From assembly GCF_902459465.1 (NCBI RefSeq), contig NC_047071.1, forward strand, positions 19,282,001 through 19,346,000: a DNA stretch of 64,000 bases, given 5' to 3'. Under the pieces are notes generated by a model that was given only the letters and a program-made list of their open reading frames with translations, ran no database searches and was not told where the DNA came from. Each line of letters opens with the position of its first letter. Position 1 is the first letter of the stretch. Below are positions 47,601-59,857 of this stretch, in pieces. The position numbers were made by a program, and so were the translations under genes. This DNA is from Asterias rubens. Its lineage: Eukaryota.

Positions 47601-50600
47601 AGGCAGACTTTGCCTGCAATGCGTATAGTAAACACACGTGCAAAGTACATGTACGTCCAAGTCGTGAGTTGGTACATTTCAAAAAGTGTTTTTCTGCACT
47701 CAGCAGCAATACACCTGGTCGGCATTGCCGGAAAAAAACAAAAACAATTTTTTTGTTTGAAACAGACAAACTCACGACTTGGTCCGTACATGTACTTTGC
47801 AATTGTGTTTACTCTACGCATTACAGGCAAAGTCTGCCTTGAACAGCGAACAGCGCCCTCTCGGGTCGGGGTCTACTCTTAAATTTGTAAATAACATAAG
47901 AACTGATTTTTTAAAACCTTAGTTAACTGTTTATTCACATTCCACTCATCAAAACATTATTATTAGTGACAAAAGCTTTATTTTGAAAAAATACCACTTC
48001 CAGATGACTTTAAGTTTTGGCAGGAAATGCCTGGTTTTGGCATGCATATTTGACCTTCCTACAGTGTGACCATTCAATAATGTCAAGTAATTTGGTTTTG
48101 AACAAGGAAATGAAAGAGTAGGACAAGGTCTTAAAGACACTGGACACTATTGGTAATTGTCAAAGACCAGTCTTCTCACTTGGTGTATCTCAACATATGC
48201 ATAAAATAAACCTGTGAACATTTGGGCTTGATTGGTCGTCGGAGTTGCGAGATAACTATGAAAGAAAAAAACACCCTTGTCACACGAAGTTGTGTGCTGT
48301 CAGATGCTTGATTTTGAGACCTCAAATTCTAAACTTGAGGTCTCGAAATCAAATTCTTTGAAAAGTACTTCTTTCTCGAAAACTACGTCACTTCAGAGGG
48401 AGGCGTTTCTCACAATGTTTTATACTATCAACCTCTTCCCATTACTCGTTACCAAGTGAGGTTTTATATTAATAATTATTTTGAGTAATTACCAATAGTG
48501 TCCACTGCCTTTAAACAGCCATTTAAAATTGGCAGGGTTGACCTGTTGCTATGGGTTAAAGACCAAACCAAAGCTGAGGTCATTTATCGCATGGCTAGTA
48601 AGGTTTTAAATAGCCATTCAAGACAGTCGCTACTTTGTTATTCCCATTTATAAAATCTGTCAGTTCAGTAAAAAAACATAGAAAAAACCTTAAAAAGTTA
48701 AGAACAACCCTGTGTAGCCGTGGCTCACCTTTACTCTTGTTACATGTACTTATTTTAAGACCTTGTTGCCTACTCTGTTTAGTATTCCTGTATTTTTAAT
48801 TCTTCTCTTTGTTTTGTTTAAAAGGAAAAGGTGATGTGCTGTACATTTGAAGGATGCAATGAAATCTTCTCAACCAAGAAGAAATTAAAACTTCATCAAT
48901 TAATCCATGCTGACGATAGGCCACATAAGGTAATTAATTCCTAACCACCCTCCTTCTAAATCCATCAAAATGCAATCCAATTGAAATAAACAAACAAAGG
49001 GTCTATGCTAAATTTCATAAAGAACTGCTAAGCACAGACAAATCTTGCTTAGCAGAAACGGGTAAACGGCCAACACTCCATCAAGTTTAAATGGTGTGAC
49101 TGGTGCCACACTCACTTTTTGCTTAGCGAAGACATTTTTATGCACAGTATTTTCTGCTAAATAGCTTTATGAAATTGGACCCTTGTAAAAGTGAAAAAGG
49201 TCATTTATGATTCCTTTTTTACACTCCCAAGCAATGAACATAGTAACAGTTGCTGACTAAAGTATTTTTTTTTTTGAGAATTCCTACAAAATACTTGGTA
49301 AAAAAAAACATGTTTTGATTTTGATTTTGATTTTGATTGCAGGCCTGGAACTACAGGGAGGGAATGGCCTCTGTGGCCCCTGGTCTTGGCCTTTGTGCCT
49401 CATCAAAAGTTTCCCATAGACCTTATGATTTTCCAATGGAGCTGCCCTTTGCAAAATCAAAATGGCATTGCCCTCTCAAAGATGAAATTCCAGGTCTGCT
49501 GTAGCTTTTTGTGATAATTTGATACAATATATTTACCAAGTTTAGTTTCTTGTTGCAGTGTACTGTAGATGGATGTGATTGGACTTTCCCAACCTTATAC
49601 AAACTTCGGCGACATCTTGCAGGCCACGGGGGTGAACGACCATTTCATGTAAGTAAAAGAATTTAAATTCAATTTGTGAGTCATACACCAGTCACTGTTT
49701 TAAATAGTAAGTTGAGATTGAATCATTTAAAGGCAAATGACACCTCCGATTTTAGTCTAAATACTAACATGTCTTTAAGACTAACATGTGAAAATTTCAT
49801 TGGCCTTTTTGAGATATCGAAAATCCGACGCGAATATATGTCCAAGCAGGAAGAATAACACAATCTACGCTTCTCAGATTCAAATTTTGGGGCATAAAAA
49901 CGTGCATGTTTTTATATAGCCACATTACTTTAAAGTGAAATGTTTTTTCAAAATGCCTTACACTATCGAAAGCTGCTGTAAGCTTCGAGCGAAAATGTTG
50001 CCATTGATTTAAAGAGTGGTTACCAAATGTACACCTTCCCTTTAAGACCAAGTACAAATATTTGCTTTTCTTTGTTTGTTGTCGGTGTGGCAAAATCAAA
50101 ATGTTGTTTTTCTTTCTTTGTTGACAGTGTGATCAGTGCAACGCTCCTTTCTCTACCATCTACAACCTGAAGATGCACAGAAAGAGACATGAACGGACGG
50201 AGTTATTCGTCTGTGATGTCAAAGACTGCAACTTGTCTTTCCCTACAATGATTAAACTCAAGAATCATCTTCGTATACACTTTCCCGAGCGACGGATCAA
50301 GTAAGCAGGTTTCTTTTTATGATAATAATTGACATTCAGGCGTTCCGCTTGAGCTTTTTGTAAAGTAGCTCATCGGGCTAGTAAACTTAGGTTTACAATG
50401 TATGTGCCCCCTAAAGTTTTAATAGCCGAGAGTTTTTAACATACAGTGTATGTATCTTTATGATGTGTTATTGGATTACAACCAGTTTTATGGCAAAATG
50501 AAGTTACATTCACACACTCAAAAATAAAACAAAACATTTTTAGAAATTTAGTATTCATATCTGAAAAGGAATAAATATGAGTATTTCAATCAAGTATGCC

Positions 50601-53600
50601 GCACAGTTTTTAGTAGCCCACAGAGCAAGTTGAAAAGTGTTTACTAGCCTATGGCAGTTTTAACCTGACAATGTGCTTGTGCGAAGCAGAGCGGTACATT
50701 CATGTGATGTGGACCTGATAGCGTTGTGTTCCATTGACCCCTGCTTATTCCTTGTAAAAAGGGTTGGAGTGCTTTGTGTTTTTATAATGCTCTTTTTGAA
50801 AACATTCAGTAAATAAAATGTCTTCTTCCCTTAATCAGGTGTGCATATCCTGGCTGCAATAAATCCTTCACCACAACATGTGGTATGGGATCCCACTTAC
50901 GTATCCACGAACGGAATGAGACGTCATTTCCTTGCCTTGTTGAAGGATGTAATAAAATCTACAATAAAGCGTGTCGGCTCAAGCTTCATATGAGGTCACA
51001 CACGGGGGAGAGACCGTTCAAATGTACAGCAGAGGTATGTTTTGTATGGAAACTCTCAGGACTAGAATAAATGGAATAGTAGTGGAAAAATAGAAGGGCA
51101 TCTTGGCTTCAACCCTTCAGAGACCAGAGCAGTTGCAAGCAGCTTGTACAAAAATGCCCATAGTGGCCACAAGCGGCTTGTTTCAAAATGGTCACAGTGG
51201 TTGCATGAGGCTTGTACCAAAATAATCAATTGAATACTGTGAAATAATAAAAGGTTTTTGCACTTATTTCTTGTTTCTCCGATGACCAGTTGAGCTGAAA
51301 TTTTCACTGTTTTTGATTTCCATGTATATGTTGGATCACATAAAGAGCTGATACTGGTCTTACTAATTGCCAATGTTGTCTGCCTGCTTAATAAGGGAGT
51401 GTAATTATGCCAATTGTAAATTTGTCGTAACTTTCCTCCAAGTTAATGTATTTCAATCAATTTACTTGTTGATGGTGAAAGGAACGTGACATCAAAATGG
51501 AATTAACAAAATACCCAGAGATATTTACATATTTCTGCCTGGCATCTTCAAAAAGTATTTGTGCCACTATCAATATTTTTGAAGAGAAAAACTTCTGGAG
51601 CTTTTAGATTACAATTTACTCAAGTCATATCATATTGCATATCTCCAGGGTTGTACATGGGCATTTACCTGTATACAAAAGCTGAGTCGTCATATGGTTC
51701 AACACACGGGGGACAGGAAACACATGTGTGACCGTCCTGGATGCCAAAAACTCTTTACTCGTTTGGAACATCTCAAGACTCATCTGAAAACTCACACCGG
51801 TGAGAAACCATTTGCCTGCCCTGAGAAAGGTAAATATAAAAGTAGATGTAGCGAAACATTGAGTCAAATAAGTATAACTAAAGAGAGGTTTGCGGTAACA
51901 CCATGTGCATATATCTTTTGAGAAATGTTGGTTCTAATAAAGAACCAGTGATTAACAACTCTCTCATTAACCACTGAGGAGTTGACCTCCGGTCGACTGG
52001 CTCTTTAACCGGTTCTTTTCAGAACCAACACTACTCAAAAGAGATTTTCACATGGTGTTGCCGCAAACCTCTCTTAGTTACATTTTTTTCAAAGTGTTGT
52101 GGCAGAGTATTCTAAAGCACCAGCCGTCAATTTCACCAAAATCTTCCTAACTTAGGATTAATCTTAGGACGGGTTCAGTTCCGTATCCAAAAGCGTAGGA
52201 CCCATTGAACTCATCCTAAGATAAGATTGATCCTAGCGTTTCGTGAAATCGACTGCAGGCTCAAGATCTTGGCCTAATTTAATAGAGCTGCTTAAAGCAC
52301 AAAAAGTAGCCAAGCACAACAAAATTATGCTTACCGGAATAAGGTTACCAGCCAAAATAGAATGTCACATGCACTATTTCTGACTGGTTTCCTGGTAGTT
52401 TTTGCTAAGCACAAAGTTTGTAAGCTCACCCTTGTGAATCATTACAAGGCGCTTCAATATGAGTTATTATTATTAGATGTTGAAGGTGTGCACTTTTTCT
52501 GTATCATTGTATATCAAAAATGCACTGTTATTTTAACATATATTCGATTTTCAATTTATTTGTGTTTCCCTCCTGGGTTTTTGTGTAATTACTGTTTGTA
52601 TATTTATTTGACATTGATGAATGTGTTATAAACAAGTTGCTGGACTTATAGATAATTGTTGTCTATTTCTTCTACAGTAGCTGGGACTCTCTGCCCAGCA
52701 ATATCACAGATTTCTTTTCTATTTTTCAGGAATGTCTTGAAAACTTAATCCTCTTTTTCTTCTGTGTTTTGTGTAACACTTTGAACTTTTTATTTAAAAA
52801 AGTGGTACACAACCTACCTATTAAAAATAGTAATTTTAATTTGATTGATTTAAATTTGTTGAAATGTTTATTGAGCTTTTTGGCCGGGCTGTTAAGAGCA
52901 CCAGATTCAAGCTCTGGTATTTGATCAGCAGAGTGTGGGTTTGTGACGCTTGTGTCCTTGAGCAAGACACTTTAACCATAAGCTTCTCTCCACCCAGGGG
53001 TAAATGGGTACCTGTGAGGGCAGAGATGGTTCTTGTGATTGATTTAGATGAGCAGTGCATTTGTTGCACAGGCTGTATACTCCCCACCAGGGAGCTGAGA
53101 TGGTTTAAGCATGGTTTAAGGAATGATTTAAGGCCAAGTGACCAGGGGGTAATAAATGTGAAGCCTTTTGAGACGCCCTTCAAGCGTGAAAAGCAATATT
53201 TAAAAACTAACTATTATTATTATCATTATTAATGTGTGTACATTATTATTATTTTTATTTTAAAGAAATTATCTGAACAAACAGGCCTAGCTATTTATAT
53301 GTGTTCTTAACTTAAGGAATATCTTATCCTTTGCTATGAACTATCATTCAGAATAAAAGTTGATTATAATTTAATTTCCCCCGAACAAAGATATTGACAA
53401 AATAGGGACACCGCCAATATAGGGCTAGATAGCTCAGTTGGTAGAGCGCCGGCCTGTTAATCCGGAGGTCGTTGGTTCGAATCCCACTTTAGTCAATTCT
53501 TTGTTCAACCCCTAAAATCATAGTTTAATTTCATATTATACAATTATTTGTTATCTAGATTGCAATGCCCGCTTTGCCTCGCGGAGCAGCCTGTACATGC

Positions 53601-56600
53601 ATGTCAAACGTCATAAGGAGGGATACACTGCTAAGCAGAAACCACAATTCACCTGCCCAATGGATGATTGTGACTTGAGTTACTCCACTAAGGATGGATT
53701 GAAGAAACATATACTGACTGTGCACAGTGTCATGCTCCCAAGTAAGTGTTATTGGTGACGGGCTTTATGCTAAAAGCTTTTGTAAAGCAGCCCACTGGGT
53801 CTAGTAAACTGTGTTTCGCTTTGGCTCCAGGTCCAATTTCACACACTCAAAAATACCTGTTATTCACATCTGAAAAAAAGGGGAAGAAAAATTTGCTTTA
53901 TCAGCAAGTAGGTTGCACAGTTTTAGTAACCAACAGGGCAAGTTGAGAACAGTGGTGTTTACGATCCCATAGTCATTTTGTATTTTGTACTAAAACGTAA
54001 CCTTTCTTTGTTGATTTGTAAATAATGTTGTTGTTGTTTATGATAGGTTCAAGTAATGAGTCAGAGCTAGTATACATTCCAACAGAGAATCCTCAAGCAA
54101 TGGTTGACGCCATGACAGACCCTGGCATTCTACAAACCCCAAAAGGTAAACTTGAGCAGCTTTCAAGACTCGACCTCTACTTGTAAATTTCATTGGCTTG
54201 TGATTTTTCAATGGCTTTCCTTTTGTCATTACTGAAGATATTGTATGCCTAGACACATGTACATGTACTTTGTTATAAAGGTAGCTTTTCTCATACCTCG
54301 GAAATGTAGCTCCACATTACCTTGCATAAATATACTGAATGTTGAAGCCCCTTGAGTGTCCCTGAGTGACGGATATGAATGCTATATATAAGATGCCACT
54401 ATTATTCGGTTTCACTATAATTAATACACCATTACAAGTGCACAAAATGTGAACGAAGCAAAGAAAGTAACTGGGGTGATTATCACCCCCCCCCCCATCC
54501 CGCCCCAGTATATAAATCAATAACTGCAATATACTTAACTGATATTATAACTCTTCTTCGATTAAACTTTCAGTGGTCAGGATAACTCAATCCGATGAAA
54601 GCTCCAACAGCAACACCGCCAATCAAAGCTCTCCTATCACCCTGAAATCGGACACCACAACAAATACCTCAAGCAATCAAAGTAACTCCAACGACCCAAC
54701 ACCGTACACCAGTGTTGGGTTGATAGTCGATGCCTCTGGGGCACCAGTGAACTTTATCAACTCTCCTGCCCGACAGGAAGGGGTCGCTTCTTCAAGTGGT
54801 GCTGCCTCCTCGAGTGGTGCTGCTGGGGCCACTGGTGGATTATACCAGGAGAGCTGGAGTGGGTCTGCTAGGACAGACTTTATGTATCGACCAGGTGGCA
54901 AGAAATGGAGAAGTACAAGTAAGGACTAACATTCATATCAACTTTCTCACTGATTTTTAGATTTCTGTAACAACACTATGTAGACATTTTTATTACTACA
55001 TAGATAGTGATACGTTTAAATTAGTAGCACATATTCCTGTAGTGGTGCAGTTTTTATATTTTTGCAAGTGTGACATGCACTTGTAATTAGTCCAGCATCA
55101 ACTCTGGGCTCTGGTTGATGTTAGAAACACCGTAAAATGTACACTGCTCCAGAGCCCAAACTAAGGTTTGAAATAGCACCCAATATATTTCTACCAAGGA
55201 AAGTTTGAATTATCAGTTAAGTGGCTGCCTTGGTAAGCAGCAGGTTTTAAGTTTGTGGAATCTCATTTTATTTTCTTCTTCTCTCACGCAGGAAATTCTG
55301 AGAGTGGTGAATCTGAGACGGATGGTTCTCTTTCATCCTCCTACATTCCAACAAGCTTCAGTATGACAACCAGTGCATCGTTAACACTACGTGATCCTGC
55401 AACAGGAACACGCTATGTACAGACGCAGCTTCTACAGGTTAATAACATAGCTTTCAACTTTGTTTCAATAGAAGAAATTATTTGCATCAGGGATAAAGAA
55501 TACTACATCAGGCCTTGGACTGAAGCTTTTGTAAAGTAGCACACCAGGCTGGTAATCTTTGCTTTTGTAAAGTAGCACACCAGGCTGGTAACCTGTGCTT
55601 TGGTAAAGTAGCACACCAGGCTGGTAACCTGTGAAGCTTTTGTTAAGTAGCACACCAGGCTGGTAATCTGTGCTTTTGTAAAGTAGCACACCAGGCTGGT
55701 AACCTGTGCTTTTGTAAAGTAGCACACCAGGCTGGTAACCTGTGAAGCTTTTGTGAAGTAGCACACCAGGCTGGTAATCTGTGCTTTTGTAAAGTAGCAC
55801 ACCAGGCTGGTAACCTGTGCTTTTGTGAAGTAGCACACCAGGCTGGTAATCTGTGCTTTTGTAAAGTAGCACACCAGGCTGGTAACCTGTGAAGCTTTTG
55901 TAAAGTAGCACACCAGGCTGGTAATCTGTGCTTTTGTAAAGTAGCACACCAGGCTGGTAACCTGTGCTTTTGTAAAGTAGCACACCAGGCTGGTAACCTG
56001 TGCTTTTGTAAAGTAGCACACCAGGCTGGTAATCTGTGCTTTTGTAGAGTAGCACACCAGGCTGGTAATCTGTGCTTTTGTAAAGCAGCACACCAGGCTG
56101 GTAATCTGTGCTTTTGTAAAGTAGCACACCAGGCTGGTAATCTGTGCTTTTGTAAAGTAGCACACCAGGCTGGTAACCTGTGAAGCTTTTGTAAAGTAGC
56201 ACACCAGGCTGGTAACCTGTGAAGCTTTTGTAAAGTAGCACACCAGGCTGGTAACCTGTGAAGCTTTTGTAAAGTAGCACACCAGGCTGGTAACCTGTGA
56301 AGCTTTTGTAAAGTAGCACACTAGGCTGGTAATCTGTGCTTTTGTAAAGTAGCACACCAGGCTGGTAACCTGTGCTTTTGTAAAGTAGCACACCAGGCTG
56401 GTAACCTGTGATTTTGTAAAGTAGCACACCAGGCTGGTAACCTGTGCTTTTGTAAAGTAGCACACCAGGCTGGTAATCTGTGCTTTTAACTTGCCCACAG
56501 GAAGTTTTAGGAGCCCAGATTTTCAACATGTGTTATCATGAATGTATATTTCTAAGTTATTAGATGGTAGCTATCACAACCAGTTTAATATTAATAGTCA

Positions 56601-56974
56601 AATAGACTGCACTGTTTTTAGCAGCCTATAGTGCAAGTTTAGAAGTTTTTATTACAAGCCCATTCCAGTTTTTTATTACCTAAAAATTAGTAAGCCTGTT
56701 AAAAAAATTTCCCTCCATTCTGTTTGATTTCCTCCTTCAGGACGACCCCCCAGACGAGAGTGAACTAGCCTTCCAGTTGACCTCTCATCCCACGACCCCT
56801 GACCCCTCATCAGGTGACCTCAATGTGTCTACCATCTTGCCTGTTACCGATCCAACTTGTCACTCTCACTGTTCGTCATCTAGTGGAGTAGACTTCCTAC
56901 AGTCTGACCATGAGACAGAGTCGTCTGTTGGTGGGTTCCGAGAAAGTACAATTAATCTACAAGACTTAGAATAG
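44604..56974 (+). CDS. ZXDC: ZXD-family C2H2 zinc finger protein (~1076 aa, 10 fingers)
   Basis: Exons 44604-46017, 46639-46703, 48825-48929, 49559-49648, 50128-50300, 50839-51034, 51649-51829, 53559-53741, 54047-54145, 54574-54918, 55292-55437, 56741-56974. ZXD-type fingers (YKLRRHL, IYNLKMH, KACRLKLHMRSHTGERPF, TRLEHLK, RSSLYMH), GSARTD and C-terminal QLLQDDP...STINLQDLE. The small exons 2 and 9 are less certain. Confidence 0.9.
47087..48013 (+). mobile_element. TTAA MITE family C carrying a nested insertion
   Basis: Colinear with 39033-39617 apart from a 339-bp insert at 47130-47468. Confidence 0.9.
47130..47468. mobile_element. PIF/Harbinger-like MITE nested in family C
   Basis: TAA target duplication (47127-47129, 47469-47471); TIRs GGCCGAGTAAAAA / TTTTTACTTGGCC. 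Confidence 0.85.
48131..48514 (+). mobile_element. MITE family A, full copy
   Basis: TTAA at 48131 and 48511; both TIRs present. Confidence 0.85.
49727..50045 (+). mobile_element. TTAA-flanked non-autonomous element
   Basis: TTAAAGG...CCCTTTAA ends; a related, interrupted copy at about 63100-63750. Confidence 0.65.
52880..53232 (+). mobile_element. Second copy of the tRNA-Leu-derived SINE
   Basis: Colinear with 42531-42917; B box deleted; short ATT tail. Confidence 0.85.
53383..53506 (+). mobile_element. Dispersed tRNA-like cassette (anticodon GTT, 53423-53495) inside short inverted repeats
   Basis: 73-nt cloverleaf with perfect A and B boxes and two stem mismatches. Degenerate copies sharing the non-tRNA flanks at 38374-38502 (-), 40915-40975 (-) and 46438-46555 (+) argue for a repeat rather than a functional tRNA-Asn. 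Confidence 0.7.
55522..56488. repeat. 36/39-bp minisatellite, 26 units, in the last ZXDC intron
   Basis: Unit ttttgtaaagtagcacaccaggctggtaacctgtgc; 7 units carry a 3-bp gaa insertion. Confidence 0.97.
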
Positions 56975-59857
56975 AAATAAATATTCTTGGGCGTGCTAGA
57001 ATTTGGCTCTCTATAGGTGCTTCTCACAATTCCCCTAATTTTGTTTTCTCGAAAATTTTACTTTTGTGCATAATGTGGGTTCTAGCTTTGAATGTGTCGG
57101 GGAATATCAAATTTCTGCTTTGGAAAGCCTGGTTCATTCTTGATGCAACCTGCAGGAGATTTTGGATTACTAGGTGGCAGCAAACCTAGCAGGTAAATTT
57201 CCATTGTTTACATAGTTGTGAGTATGCGCACATTACCGAGAAGAATGGATTTACCTAGTTAGTCAGCTGCCACCTAGTGTCCCAAAAAGTCACCCATTGG
57301 AAAATATAGCACACTGATTGTTTGCGTCAACAACATTTAATTTCAGGCTATAGAGTGAAAATGTTTTGACTAAAGAAACAAGCTGTTTAAGCAGTGTATA
57401 TGTCTAAGCGATTTTTCTGCAAAAATTAGCAGGAAACCAGTCACACTTCCACTACATTCTTTTTAGCGCAATTATTTTGTGATAAGTTGTGTGCTTAAGC
57501 AGCTCTATAAAATTGGGGCCAGTTAAATCGGAGCAAAGTTAACACCAGAGACCAGTTTCATGAAGCTGTGGTTGGAACAGAATAATGTTTAAGCAGAGAA
57601 AACCAAAGTACATGTACCTTTAAGTCAACACTACTCGTGGCTGGCTCTCTGCAATTTTTTGCTTAGAAAATTAATTTTATTTAACAACTTTATCTGCTTA
57701 GCAGTTTAATCTGTTAAGCAACTTCATCTGCTTAGCAGCTTTATGACATTTTTTAAAATGAAATTTGAATTACAAATTCAAAAGAAGACGATTTAATTTA
57801 TTAACCATTACTATGTTATTCATTTAAAAAAAAATACGGCTCTTTTTGTTGAAATCAAAATTCTGTTTTTTTTTTAAATGAACTTATCCGAGCTAAGTCT
57901 ATGTCATTTCAGTCATAAAACTCATCTATCATAAATGAGGGTTATTTTAAATTTGCATTAATAAATGGCCTTTACAGAGCATATAAAAGATTGACTTAAA
58001 AATGTAATTGTATTTAAGTATCAGTATTATTTGTCAGCAAATATTTATTTTGTGAAAGATGTAATAAATATGTGCATTAATCGTATATACAAAATGCAAC
58101 GGAACACTTATGAGAATTCCATGTTACCTTTGTCTTATTTGATTTGTTTGGTGGTATTGGAATGTTGCTTGGGGTTTTATTACTGTCATCATCGAGTGCG
58201 ACAACAGCACAAGGTTTGACTTTTGCCTCAGTTGTGCCGATGAGAGTGAGCAGTTTGTAGTATTTCTCAGAAAGTGTGACATTATCACAGCAGGGATGAA
58301 AGGCCTCAGATTTCTATTTTCAGTATTTAACCCCCCCCCCCCCCCATTGATTTGTAATCGGATTGTTGTCACCGTCACTAATTATTGTCGCTATCATTAA
58401 AGATTCCACATCGCTCATTTGGGGCGGGGACTCCTTTAATCAGATTGGTCCTTCCAGATCCAATGTTATTATCTGTATGCATTACAATGTAGTTCTGTAA
58501 TATTGTGGAATTTTTTTTGTATAAGTTTTTATTTTAAGAAAATGTGAATCGAACATGTATTAGCTGAACAAGTCAGTGTACACAACCAGCTTAAAACACA
58601 CAGTGGATCAAAGTCGGAGACCATCAATCGTGTTAGTAATGCAAGTTCATGATTTCGTCCATGATAAATTCAAACGCCTGCAAGGTCGCAACCAACAACT
58701 GCTCTAGTTCGCATTGAACCACAATGTTTGAAGAGAATGTCAATTAAGCTTCTCTGCAGTTCGTCCAATCGTTGCCATGAAGTTATAACACAACCAACGC
58801 CATGCCCATCTTGTCAGTTTCTCGAGACGTCAATTTATTAAAATGTTCTAAAAGTGGTCAATTTTGTACGGTTATCTGTCATATCTAAATAAACAGTGAC
58901 GTGCAAAATCCCAACATCATTGCTTTTGGAGTTCAAACATACAACAGCCGTGAACATTTCACAATATTCAAATGAAATGTTGAGTCAAACAAAACGGAGA
59001 TTTTTCACAATACTGTTTAGGCCGTTTGACATCTGTCACCCATTTATCAACGTGAACATTTCATTTTGAAAGTGGATAACGTTTTTTTTTTCGAGATGTC
59101 GCCGAAAATCTGAAACGGTTATGTCCCTGCAGGAAGAAAAATCCGTAATTGGAAAACACAATCTGTGAAAAGTATCTGACAGAACCTCTTCATAAATTAA
59201 TTAATATTTGTTTAACCCCTTTCTCTAAAACCATATTCCTTAGAAGGGGAACGTTGCTCTTATACATTAACAGCTGCAGTGCTCCTTATCAAGGACGATT
59301 CTGTGGTCATTAAGTAATGCAAAAATAGTTAATGGCTTGACGTTTCGACCCTACCAGAGTCTTGCTCTCGGTCATTAAATTTGTGAGTAATTACCAAAGA
59401 TGTACTCTTCTTTTTATAGCCGTGTATTGACACACGCTCTGATAGAAAGTTACGCCTTATGCCGAGATATGCGTTTTGGTCTTTGGCCAGTGAGAGCGAG
59501 CATGGCAATCTCAAACACACTCATAAGTGACTAACTGATAAATCACGGATGCATAAGTTGTCACTGCTAGCTCTTCAAATTGCCTCGACGCCTAACGGAG
59601 TGAGGCGAAACCACCTCTGTGCTTGTTGTGAGTGAAGGAATTAAATGTCTGAACTGGAAACTGTACTGGTTATTTGTTTTGTCATCAATCATTGATCGAG
59701 ATTGTTTCTTCATCCATGCTTCATCGTCAGCTATAAATGACCCTCAGAGAGTATCATGTTTTAACTCATGTTGTAAACAATCTTTATGCTCACAGTGAGG
59801 CTTCTGGAATGTCAAGTGTGTTTTTTTGCGTGAGATAGACATCATCTGTTTGTTTTT

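Noticed and set aside
53423-53495. Functional tRNA-Asn(GTT) gene
   Set aside because: Mismatches in the anticodon and T stems, a non-Asn 5' half, and degenerate copies with shared non-tRNA flanks.
55465-56529. 354-aa and 331-aa minus-strand ORFs as genes
   Set aside because: Fully explained by a triplet-length minisatellite inside a ZXDC intron; no domain, promoter or splice support.
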